This document shows positions 31,496 to 44,343 of a DNA stretch of 64,000 nucleotides, one piece after another. Both the position numbers and the translations under genes were made by a program. Origin of the DNA: the human T2T-CHM13v2.0 reference genome, Homo sapiens; NCBI RefSeq assembly GCF_009914755.1, contig NC_060925.1; one strand, written 5' to 3'. Within the stretch, counting starts at the first letter, position 1. The number at the start of each line of letters is the position of its first letter. Below the pieces are notes generated by a model. That model was not told the origin of the DNA, ran no database searches, and saw only the letters and a list, made by a program, of their open reading frames with translations.

Positions 31496-31940
31496 ACCAT
31501 TAAAATCGAGGTAGTCGTAGTATAAAAATAAATTAGACTTTATCACTTTGGGGTTTCAAATTTTTACTTACAATTGGTTTGGGGTGTTTGCTTTAAGAAA
31601 TGTTGACAGTATGTGTGTGGGAGAGCATATTTCTGACTTCTTTCTTTCCTGTAAAGTTAAATGTGGGATTTCAGTTGTTTGCATAGCATTCGAACAATCA
31701 TTTATACATGTTTCTAAGATACTATCTCTGAAAATTACCTCTAGAAGCTTCCTATCTGTTTCCTGTAGCTTGTAGTCTACACCAATGTAGATGAGATAAG
31801 TGTAGTATTGCATGCTAACATATTCTGCAAAAGACAGCATGGGTTTACAAAGTTTCATTGATTCAATTATTATTGGAGTTATCTCTACATATCATTTATA
31901 GTAAGCATTCCAAGCAGCTTCGTCATAAAATTCTTAGTAG

Positions 31941-32287
<347 letters not shown>

Positions 32288-32979
32288 TGTATCTTGTCTT
32301 TACGCATACATTTATTTCATATCTACTTCAGAGGTCTGCTGTCTTAGCTGAGGTTTCTAATATTTGCATGGGGTGCACAATTAGTAAAGTTGGTACTGAT
32401 ATATGTTTCAGAGGTTAAAATCATGCAAGAATATATCTTTATAGAGTCCCCTGCTTTGCTGGAGCCTGCCCAAGACTTTTTGTAATAAGTAGCAAATAAA
32501 TAATTTGCTATATTTTACAGAGACCCCATTCTGCAAAAAAAACCCATGAAAAACAAAACAAAACAAAATCTTGCCTATAGCATCTATGAGATTAGGATGT
32601 TTCTTAGTGATAGAAATAAGTGAGTGTTACATAATACTATAATCCAAATAATTCTAAATAGTAGACTTTTCAACAAATTTTGTGTTTTAGGTTGCTTTAT
32701 TCCATTGAAAAATTTAAAAGTAACCATGATCTCAAATATTCTAATGTTGTGAGATTTACATTACAATTTAGAGTGTTTGCATTTTTATTAACTTTGACTT
32801 AAGAAAAATAAATTCAGTTGAAATTAACTCAATATGTTTCAAATATTTTCTAAATTACTTTTATTTTACTATTTCATGAATTATACTTTTTTAAGTTTTA
32901 GGACATTGTTGTGATTATAATATTCTAAAGTAAATTATTTTAGAAAACAGAGAACTTAACAAAATTTAAGTCAGCTACC

Positions 32980-33300
32980 TCCTGTCAGTTAACACAGTAG
33001 CTCTTAGTACCCTAAGATATCCCCTCTTTTGTTCTCTTAAGAAATAGGTGTCCCTCAAATATCTGCATTTATCTCTGTCCATATGGTTTTGAACAAGTGG
33101 TGAAAGTATTCACTATTTGCTGTGTACCCACACTTGTATAGTTCAGCTGGAATACCATCTGGTGTGGTACTCTTCCCATTTTCCTCATTTTGATTGCTTT
33201 CTCAATCTGGAAAATGGTAGCTTGATCGTCCAACGGGTCTCCAGATGGCTGCTGGATCATTCTATGTAGTATCCATCAACAACATTTGATGGGTTATTTA
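32980..33300 (-). mobile_element. Ancient RTE-clade LINE (MamRTE/L4-like) reverse-transcriptase relic
   Basis: With one frameshift the minus strand encodes QIEKAIKM..NGKSTTPDGIPAELYKCG..FHHLFKTIW, matching the non-LTR RT motif KAPGPDGIPAE.YK...LF..IW. Confidence 0.65.
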
Positions 33301-34867
33301 AAGTTCATCCAAGGTATTTGCAAGTTCATTATTCGGTCATAAAATATCAGAAATTTCAATTGGGGAAATAACATAATCTCAGATTTCAGGAATGAAATCT
33401 TTTGGATTAGTTTGAGGAAAGAAATAAGAAAACACATTTATATCTTTCTAAGAAGCAGATGGCTACTCTTACAGTGTTAGTTATCCAAAATTGTTTCTAT
33501 TTTTACCCTTCTATATTGGCTAAGATGACATTTTAGCGGAAACAGCATCCTTGCATACAGACCATCTTTGTTCCTTGAAGGACAACTGTTGAAATTAAAA
33601 AGCATATGAGATTAAATTTCTGCAGGAAAATGAGGCAGACCAACATGGCTATAAGGATCAATTAGTGTAAATTGAATAAGATCATAATGACACCACAAGA
33701 TAGATGTGATCTGAGGCAACAGTGTATAGATGTAAGACAATGGTGATGTATATCCTTATGTGAATATATAAAGCATGCTTAAAGGAAATCATGGTTTATC
33801 ACACTCTTTTTTTTGCCTCCCTACCAAAGCATGCCAAACTTTAATGAATTTTGGAGCATCAAAAATTTATAGTTTCTTAATGTATCATTTAACAGCCTCC
33901 ATTTCTCCATGTTTTGGTAAATAGGATGAAAGAAAATCGTTTTTCCCCTCTACTCAGCTCCTGTTTTATGTGTAGCTGATTTTAATTTTATCTTGGTTAC
34001 ATTTCCTCATTTTCTCTTCTCATTGATTCATTTATCCTTTCATTTCACAGTTACCAAGTCTCTACCAGAGATTTAGAAGAGACCCTTTACAGTGTTAGTT
34101 ATCCAAAATTGTGTATGCACGGAATTCTGCATGAAGAAGACATAGGTCTGGGAATCAATAATTACATTTGATGTCATAGGTACCATAAGGTATTCATAAG
34201 GAAATATGAAACTATGGAAAGACCCCTAGTCTTCCAGGTGGGTTCCATGTCAATGACACCTTCATATTTTCCTCAGGTACTATCTGCATATAAAAATTTG
34301 CTTCATTTGATCTTTCACACAAAAATTACTAAGGTATATTCAATGACATCATTTGTTGTGTAAGTAGAAATACGTCTAGCTGGCTCAAAACCTTAACAGT
34401 AAACCTTAACTGAAACTGAAACATAATTTTCAACTTAGTTCATTTGTATAATACCTGTATAAAGTGTATCTGAATGAATTGTTCCCTTCTTCTAAATACT
34501 ATGTAAAAATGGAAGAGACATTCATGACTGTAATCTGGTGTCTATTCATTCTTTGGGCAAAGCTTTATTTTACGACCTCTAGCATGTGACCAGAATTTAG
34601 CTTTGTCTTTCAAGCTTTAGCCTTTAAGTTAAACTATTATTGCATGTCTTATTTTAGAAGCTTACTGAGAAATTCTTTTTATCTCCAACTTTTACAAAAT
34701 CCTTGCTCTAGAATTTATCTTCTTCAAAGTGGATTTGGATTGTGTTACATCTATCTCAGAAGAGATGGTTTGGCTTCCTGTTAAGCTTTAAATTTATTTC
34801 AGAACTGATTGAAAATGATATTTAACTGATACTTGTGCTGTAGAGTAGTATTTGAGTGAGAATTAGA

Positions 34868-35024
34868 GGCCAGGCATGATACCTCATGCCTGGAATCCCA
34901 GCGCTGTTGGAGGCCAAGTCAGGAGGATTACTTATTCTCAAGAGTTGGAGGCTGCAGTGAACTATGATCACACCACTGCACTCCAGCCTGGAGGACAGAG
35001 TGAGACCTTGTCTCAATAAATAAA
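34868..35024 (+). mobile_element. FRAM/FAM Alu monomer
   Basis: Monomeric Alu with TGAGAATTA on both flanks. Confidence 0.85.
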
Positions 35025-38000
35025 TGAGAATTATACCTGTAGGAATCATTCTGAAGATTGAGTGGTACCCCCTCCAAGTACTAAGCTAAAGATTAATAGA
35101 ATATACCAGTTTTAGTTTACATCTGGTAGCATTATCATTTAATCAGGAAATGCAAGGTTATTAAACTAATTCAATTTTTATTTAATTTTTGTCACTCAGT
35201 ACCAGTCAATTAAGAATATTTGAATCAAATAAAATTTCAGAATGGCCAAAAAAAGACACATCCTTACATTATGTACATAAAATCACACAAAATTTCTTTT
35301 ATTTTTTATTTGTTATGGAGTTATGTAAGTATATGATGCCATTATCATGAATTTTTGTGTCAATTGATCAAAATATACTTTCATAAAAAAATCTAAAATG
35401 GCTTTAGAAAACATTCTTTAATTTATTTTTGCAATGTAAATATTTCAAGACAAAATAATGCACTCTCTAACTAGCACCTATGTATAACCCAATGATAGGA
35501 TACTTCATTAAATCAGTCTTTGAGCTGATCCATGTACTTTTTTTTCTAAAATGATGAGTTCACATAAAAATACTTTAAGGTATTTTTGACAAATAACTTC
35601 TATTTTTTCTGACTTCCTCAAATATAGTATATATTTTGGAAATCCAACGCATTTATTGAGAATAAGAAGAAATAAATAAGAAACAGTTACTATGCTAAGG
35701 ACAAAAAATCATCAGAATAAGATTCACACTGTATAAAAACACCTTGATCTTTCCCACATGCTATTACAAACACAGGAAGTTCAGAGATCATTGCTATAAG
35801 AGATTGAAGTTTCTTAAAAACATTATATCCAGTGAAGAATAATATTTTAAGTATTAAGTATTTTCCCCTCTGAAAGCTATTTTTAAAGAGTAATTTCTTT
35901 ATTTTTCCAAATTACTACAGCTTTTCAAAAATGCCTGATATCTCTTTGGCAAATCTTTGCACAAAGAGTTTGAATTTTCCTGAGAATCATGCTCATTAAT
36001 GAAACTGAAGGACAAAGCAGAGAATGTATTCACAAAATATTTTGATATGTTTCAATGTCTCTGTACTTGAAATTACCATGGCTTAGAACACTCTTCATCA
36101 CGCATTAGTTTTATTTTTATCTTTTAGTATCTCAGAAAGATCCTCATTCTACCTTATCTAAATTGGCCTCCCTAATTTATCTCTATCTCCTTGGGTGTTA
36201 ACTTCCTCTATGAAAGTTTTCTCTATTTGTAATCACTGATTCTCTTTATTGATTTGTTTTTGCATCTCTCTCATCATACTGTAAGCTTCATTTAGGTATC
36301 AACTTTGTCTTTTTTTTTTTAGCAACGCCATTCAGTGCCTTGCATAGTGCCCGGCAAATAGTAGAGCTCAATAAATAAATGTTCAATAAATAAATGAGTG
36401 AAATAAAACTTAACCATACTTTTTATTGCTTACTTGCTCACAATGGGCAAGTGACATATTTGTATATGTGTGGAAAAAATCCTATTTTCCAAGTGGGAGC
36501 AATTATTTATTATTATTTCAGATACAACAATTGTGAAATTTAGTCAATATTTACACAATAGCAGTATGAGAGCACAGAGTAGTAACTTTGGAAAGAAGTG
36601 ATAATTCTTTCCACTTTGCCATCATTTACATTTTTGTCAACTTTAGAAAAGGATAAAATGGTGAGAAAAATCTGTAAAAAGTTTACACACAAAAGAATAT
36701 TTCAATGAAGGAAAATATGTCAGCTTACTATACCATATTTTGTTCTTTCAAAATATTACAAAATTGACATGGGACATAATGGTGTTTGATGTTCTAAGAA
36801 AAATACAATATGTTTAGGAGACTGTATATGTGATGTGGATGCATCACTATGAGAACTATATAAGGAACTGCTAACATTGCAAAAGCACAGATTTTCAGAA
36901 TGGTACGTATATGTGCTTAAAATTGCTGGTGCGCTATACTTAATTTTTATTCTATTTTAAAGGGTCATTCATTTATCTTTTATAGACAATTTTCACAGCT
37001 TATCATGAATCCCTAGAGCTGCTATGATTAAGTCAATACATTTACATAAATAGTATGTAAATGTACTTAAGTATTTAAGTATAGTGTTCTTGATATAGCC
37101 TAAGGTGTTTTATGTGAATATATCCAACATTTTGCTTTTTGAAGGAGAAAAATGTATTTTTATGCTTCATCACACATACAGTAAATATCCTTTATGCTTG
37201 TAGATTCCCACCTTGCTTCACATCATCCATTTAATTTTTTATATATGCAGCATAATAAATTCATGTTGCTAAATTCAAACTTTGTAAGAGTCTGACCCAT
37301 TGTAAGTGAATTTCATATCTTTCTCTGTGCTTCACTGATCTGGTCAGAATATGGACTTCCTTTTATATTAATGAGGATTTTGTTCTGTGTTTGAAGCCAT
37401 GAAATCGGATGAGAATGTGGGAAATACCAGAAAAATACTGTTCAGTGATACTGTTACTATGAATGCTTTAAAAAAGATTTTCTTTCTCAAAAAAATAATA
37501 AACTGCTTTGAGCTTTTTAAAAGTCACAGAAAGTTAAAGCTAGTTCTATGACCTAATTCTGTAGAGGAGGGAAATGAGGTACTAAGTGTTGAACCTATAG
37601 TCACATTTCAGCTAGTGGTAAAAGCAGGAATAGAACTCAAGTCTACTACTTCGCAAACTGATGTTTTTCTCAGACTCATCTCTGGAAACTCAGTTTTTAA
37701 ACAAAATTTAGAAAATAATAATAATAATACCTCACATAAGATTGTTTTCAGGAGGAAATGAAACGAGATAATAGATCCTATATACCATGCCTGCCCCATG
37801 GTAGGCATTCAATAAACTATAGCTGCTGTTATTACGATCATCTGCAATTGGCATTATTTTTATAGTTAATCATTACTACTACAAGCATGAATAATCTTAC
37901 AGCACTTCAGTATGAGACAATCTCAGGATGGGTAGAGCTCGCCTATGATTGGAAGAATTCAGCACTGTTTTGGCAGACCCTGGCTGCACCCAGTTTAAAA

Positions 38001-41000
38001 GTAATTAGTCCTACTCAACCAGAGTAATCTGGAAACTGGCTCTCAAACCATATTTGCAATTTTATGTGAAAAGACATGATTCAATATACAGTAATGGTTA
38101 GGTACTTTCAGTGTTCAACCCTTAGGTCCTTGTGTAAAGAGGATTGTTGTCAAAATGGAACGAAGTTTTGCGTGCAAAATAATGGCAGGAGAAGCCCCTT
38201 AATCAGATTTACACAGAAAAGGAGGGGATTGTGACATCATGTGAATGCCAACAAGTAGATGCACTGAATGTGAAAATCAGTTATTTTTAATGTTAGTGTA
38301 CATATTAGCATTAATAACTGGACATAGAGTTGTCCTTCCAGCCTCTGTGTTTCATAAAGGGAAAAAGAATTCAATGTTTGTCATGTTACATTTGAACAAT
38401 ATATTTACTTCAAATAAAGACATTAAAATACCTTGTAAATTAAGTGAGTTCCATAAGATATCCAGTGGTCAAGTAAATAATGGGAAAGTTAGTGATAAAC
38501 TATAGGTGAGGAAGAAATATTTTCATGATAATAATCACTTTTGTAGTAACAATCATGATGGTAGTGACAAATGCTTGATAGGTCAAACCACATGTGTACT
38601 CAACTGATCCATGACTTCAGAGTTACTACTATCAGCAGGACTTTTACTGGAAAAAGAAAACTGTAATATCTCTAAGCTCAGTTTGTCATCTTTAAAATAA
38701 GTTGGATTTTACCAAATGACCACTTAAGTCTCTTCCACCACTAAACTCTCAAAACAATTATATTGTTGATTCAAAGATACCCGTTTAAAGATAGAGCCTT
38801 CATACATATGGACCCAGAATCTATCAGGACTGAGGATTGAGGGGAGATGTTCCACCCTGTGAGGTTCTATTATAATAGGTCAAGTTGACACCCAGGAGTA
38901 TTGGAGGATTTGGCAGTGAGCCCAGAGATACTGTTTCCATAATCACAACCTATTTTGTTCCTGACCCCCCAGGACAGCATAGACCTAGTTTTGACTTCAA
39001 CAGGAAATCCCAAATTCAGAGCCTGAAGCAGAACTGCACTGTTTTGCAGAAATGGGAAATCAGTTGCAGTGTGCTGACCTATTCCCTTAGTGGAGGTGAT
39101 ATAAGTGGCATCACAAAATCAGCTTCCTTTTTTAATGCTCACATATCTTGACACTTACAGCTTATTACATCACATATTATCCTCCATCCAGATATTATCT
39201 GGAAGGTGGTCGAAGGTATTCCGTAGTCTTTCAGCCTCAGGATTCCAGGTTTTCAAAATTTTAAAGAGAAATCCATTCCAAATTTCCTTTGTTTAAACTA
39301 TTCCAGAAACTGAAGTGCCTCTAAGTATAAATGACAGGATAATAGAACTTTAAGTCTTCCTTGCAGTGACTATTATGCTTTCATTTTGCACAGTAGAGCT
39401 CAAAATGCCTCACTTTATGCTGATGGTGAGCACTTTTAGAGTTTTTCATCTTCCTACAGTTAAAACATATGACAAAGTGGCCATTTGAAAAAGAAATGAA
39501 GGGGAAAAGTGAGCATGAAATTCACAGAAATTGAGACCATAATAAATACTAAGTAAGTACACTTCCGTCTACATCTACTTGTAGATAAAATTTCAAATAT
39601 GCTACACCAAGAGATTTGCATTGATAGATTACTTTTTGTTTAAAACTAGATACTCTGGGAAAAAACCAATATTCATAGTAAAGACAGATTGGAAATATAA
39701 TAATCATCACAAATCAATGTAAATCAAATACATGTATGTATGTAAACATTTAATAATACATAAATAGTTCTGTAAAATATATAACTAAAGGAACTTAAAT
39801 ATTAAAAATTAATGTTTTTATTTCAAAATAATTTCTATATCCATTTGGGTCTGGACACAGAAAGCAAATTATTATGTATATAGCAAAATAAAAATAAAAT
39901 AAAATAAATGCCCTTTCTGAATATGAACTTTAATCCTTAAATTAGTGTAATTTTATATTATAATAAAGGTAAAATAAAAATTTCATATAAATGTCCCTCT
40001 TATTAAAAAATGGAAAGAAATCAAAATGAAGCTAATTCTTTTAGAAAAAAATTATATAAACAATATAATAGATTTTTTTTTACCATAAATGTGCTTTCTA
40101 CTGATAAACATGTAAAGTTAAACAGACAAAAATGAAAACAGTAATCATCATGTACCAAATATCATTTTGGGAAATCATATTAGAATTGTTTAAGGCAAAC
40201 TACATTTTTAACTCTTGATTAAAAATAAATAGTGGCATCTTTGACATAAGTGGCCTAGTTTTTCAAATAAATTATTAAATATAATTAACAAGTGAAAGAT
40301 TTTAAAAACGTTACATTTTAAAATGTATCTAAACACATATAACTAAAGAAATGGCATCTGTGTGAGAGATGAGGGATTCCATTTTAAAGATCAAGAAACC
40401 CACATCAACTAGGGTAAAAGCTAATGAATCAGTACAGAATTTAAAACTTGATTCAAAGTTTCTTTTAAGAAATGTATCACATAATGTCAAAATGATATAA
40501 ATGCTAATTCTTTATATTTTGTAATTGTTTCTACATCAGGCTAAGATGCTAAATCATCCTAAAGATTGGATATTTTGTAAGTGGTTATGTTATACTAAGA
40601 GATGTAAAAGCAAAAGCTTAATTATCATGTGATGATCTTTTATCATAGCTCAGTTTTGATTTGTAACATTTAATTTCGATTCATTTAGCTATAAAAATAT
40701 TTTATATTGTATTTTGATATCTTTTAAGCATTACAAACAGCATTAGTAATAGAAAGAGATTAAAGTTATTTGAATACCTGGCTTTATCATGATCTAGAAG
40801 TGCTTTGCGATTCGTTTTCCTGCTTTATTAACATTTATGGAATTCTTTGCACTAAAATGTCAGCCCCATAGTTTCATGAATCATTGCAAAAACATCAGGG
40901 AGTATCATTTGTAATGTACAGCAATCCATTTTGATACATGAAAGTAGACCTGGTTGCAGTATGCCATTTTTGGATTCGATTTTCATGTAATTTGAGGTAA

Positions 41001-42816
41001 GTGCTAAATTATGATCTTGACTGATACTTACTAGTGAGCCAGTCGTGGCATTAAAGTCGATATGGATCAAAATGAAAGAACAGAAAAGAAAGGCATTAGA
41101 AATACTTTGATTTAATAAACAGGTTATACATAAAATTTTGTATTTTGGTATGCTAATTTTAATACCTGGACTTAATACCTGACCAAAGTGTACTTTCACT
41201 TTTATTTCCTTAGTAAGTCTTTCTTCAATTATCTTTTCCTGTATGGTCAAACATTCCAAGTTTTTTTAATGAAAATTTATATCATATAAATCTTATTTGA
41301 AAGTTTTAGAAGATGAAATATAATTCAGAATTCAGGAGAACTATGAACTCCTATGTCAAGTATCTAAAAATTAAAATAATTTTAACTTAATTATTTTATG
41401 AATATATAGATTTAGCATATAATTATAATTGCAACAGTTTTCTATTATAAATAGATATTCTGGTAATACTTCTTAACCTAATGCAATCCATCATGCATTT
41501 TTGAATGGTGATTTATTAAAAATATACTAAATATTGTCTTTTTTAAGTGTAAGATTTCACATACTACAAACTGCAAAACTTTACGTAAAAATTAGAGTTC
41601 AATAAGTATAAAAGAATACATTTTTAACTGAGTAATTTAGAATCTTTTCTATCATAAATCTACTTTTATAGGCATATTAAAAATCTAAATAGCAAAGGTA
41701 ACACTCTGCAAATAAAATGGTTAAGAGATATGAATAAATCAACTGCGTAAAACATGTTGAGCTTTCCAGAAGAGAAATGTTAAACTGTTAATGTTTTATT
41801 GTGAATAACTAATAAGCCCACATCTGATAAGTTTTCCAGCTCTTAATATAATAACTTGTGTTATGGGATTATCAGTGATATAGGCCCACAACTAGACAAA
41901 AGATGTAGCCAAAAAAACAAATCTATAAATTCACTTGAGAAAGATCACAATGGGTTTTGTGATATTAAACAACTCTTTTCAAACTTTCCTTTATAAAATG
42001 TTTAAAATAACACTTGTTAATATAAAAAAGAATATGTAAACCATTAACAGCAAAACAATTACTGAGTACAATTAATCCATCATACAACTTAAGATAAACT
42101 AAAGATAAATAAACTGAAACATTTAATTACATTGCAAGAGACGAATAAGCTGGTTTTGACATTTCTGAATTTTAAGTATCTTCTCTGCCTAAATATAAGC
42201 TACTTGGTATTTTATTTGCATCTTTTTATACAGTTAAAACTCTCTTTGTTTAAGGGTTGAAGTAGTAACATTTAAATTAGTGTCTATTTAATTTAATAAC
42301 TAAATCCATCAAACTATAGGCCTATTAAAACGATTTCATTTTCCTTGCTGGTTAATCTAAAGTGCTTAATCTTAAAATGTTAACTGTCAAAATAATAGAC
42401 CTTTTTTCCCTCCATAAGAATAACTTGAATTTCTTACATATTTCCTGTCAATCATTCCATCTAAACTGGGTGTGCATAAATTGTTCCACCACTGTGACTC
42501 TCTCTTAAGTTTGTAAGTTTGGACAGTGTTACTCACCCCTACCACAAAAAGGAAATAAGATCATATTCTGAAATGGATTTACATTTCTATGCTTATAGTC
42601 AGAATGTATTTTTAGTGAGGGGAAGATCTGTTACACAGTCAAATAACTGTTTGAGAAAACAGAGTATTATGGAATACATCAATGTGTTAGGGATAGGAAG
42701 TAAAATACCACAGAATTTATTAATCAATGTTACACATACTTCTTCCTTAGGTGAATTTTTTGCTACTCAGGCCATTACCTTTTGTGTTCACATATTAGTA
42801 AAAGCTGCACTTTTAC

Positions 42817-42933
42817 TTTTTTTTTTCTTTTTTGGAGCAAAAACTTTAATAGGCAAGAAAAAAGAAAGGAAGAAGAAAGCAGCTCCCTCGTACAGAGACG
42901 GGGGGGTGGATTTGAACAAAGAGAAAACCCCCC
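42817..42933 (-). mobile_element. Short polyadenylated retrocopy, LTR-like, with 17-bp TSD
   Basis: Poly-T at 42817-42833, ATTAAA on minus at 42845-42850, TSD AAAG(C/A)TGCACTTTTACT at 42801 and 42934. Confidence 0.8.
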
Positions 42934-43662
42934 AAAGATGCACTTTTACTAAAAAATATTATCATTAATTCTTTGTTATATATCCTGGCATCCTATAATG
43001 TGTATGACTAAGTTCATGCATTGACATAAGCAAACACAGTGTTTCATTAATGAAAAGAAGACTTTGGACTGAGAAAAAGCCCACTGACATTGTCAGCCAG
43101 TTACTTCAGTGTTATATTCGAGGTGGTTTGATATTATTTTTTGTGTGTTAAACACAAAAGCCAAAATGTAAAAGTCACAGGACTACTTTAGGTCTTACAA
43201 TCCAGAGTTACATGGTCTCAACAGTTGTTCTTTTCTATTTTAATTTAAAGCACTAAACAAGAAACTATTCACTAAGTTTTAGAGCTGCATTTTAAACAGG
43301 CCAGCCTTTGAATTTCTAATGTTTTTATGAAAGCTTCAATAAAAAGCTGTGGTTTGAAGTAAGAACATATTATAGTTTTGTAAGACAATTTCCAGTTGGT
43401 ATAATGAGAACCCATATAATCTAATTGCTTAACCAGTAACATTCATTTTTACTATTATATAATCACCTATGTTCTAAGTACATTTTTATTAAATACAGTT
43501 CCAATACAGATATTAGGAAACTTATTTTATGCTACTGTAATACTAGAACATTGTATAAGTGCTCAAATAGTTTTGTCAGGGCAATTCCCTTCCACGGGAA
43601 TTTAAAAATTATTTGTGTCATAGATGAATGAGAAAACTTTAATAATAATCCATGAGACAATA

Positions 43663-43668
<6 letters not shown>

Positions 43669-43709
<41 letters not shown>
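43669..43709. repeat. (CA)n microsatellite
   Basis: Read directly from the sequence. Confidence 0.95.
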
Positions 43710-43711
<2 letters not shown>

Positions 43712-44172
43712 TGATCTAAAGGTCTTATTCAATATTGTATGCCTTTTATAAAATTAAGCTGATTCTCCTAGATTGTAAACTGGGATATAATTAAATACCA
43801 GAGTAAAAAATTGGGACAGCTACTGGAATTACAAAAATAATAATAAATTAAATAAAAGAATGGTTTAAGTCCTGGAAAAATTCAATCTAATGTTATAATT
43901 ATAAAGATAGCAATGTGAGCATTATATAACACTAATAAGAATACTATGTAAGTTTTACATAAATAGAACTCAAAATGGGGGCTTAAAATATTTCCCAAAT
44001 GTAGAATTTACCAGGTAAGTAAAGTGATAATTTTTAATTTAAGATATCTGGTTTAATTAATAATAATAACTTGTAACTTTAAATCTACAAGAGAGCCTAA
44101 AATGGGTCAGCACTGGATCAGTGTTGCATAGAACCTGACTTTAATTGTCATTTTAAAAAAATCAATAGAAAG

Positions 44173-44343
44173 CAGTGGTTCTCAAATTCTAGCAGGCATC
44201 AGAATTGGGCTTGTTGAGACTCAGATTAGGGTTCACAGTTTTTATTCAGTGGGCCTGTTATGTGGTCTGAGAACAGGCATTTTTAACAAGTTCCCAGGTG
44301 ACACTCAGGCTACTGCTAAGAAGGCCCCATTTTGAGAACCACT
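44173..44343. mobile_element. MER5A (hAT-Charlie MITE)
   Basis: TIRs CAGTGGTTCTCAAA and TTTGAGAACCACT; internal TTTAACAAGTTCCCAGGTGA. Confidence 0.85.

Noticed and set aside
36423-36432. 10-nt match to the miR-137 5' end (possible self-target site; an 8-mer also at 50289)
   Set aside because: Intronic, AT-rich and near chance expectation in 64 kb.
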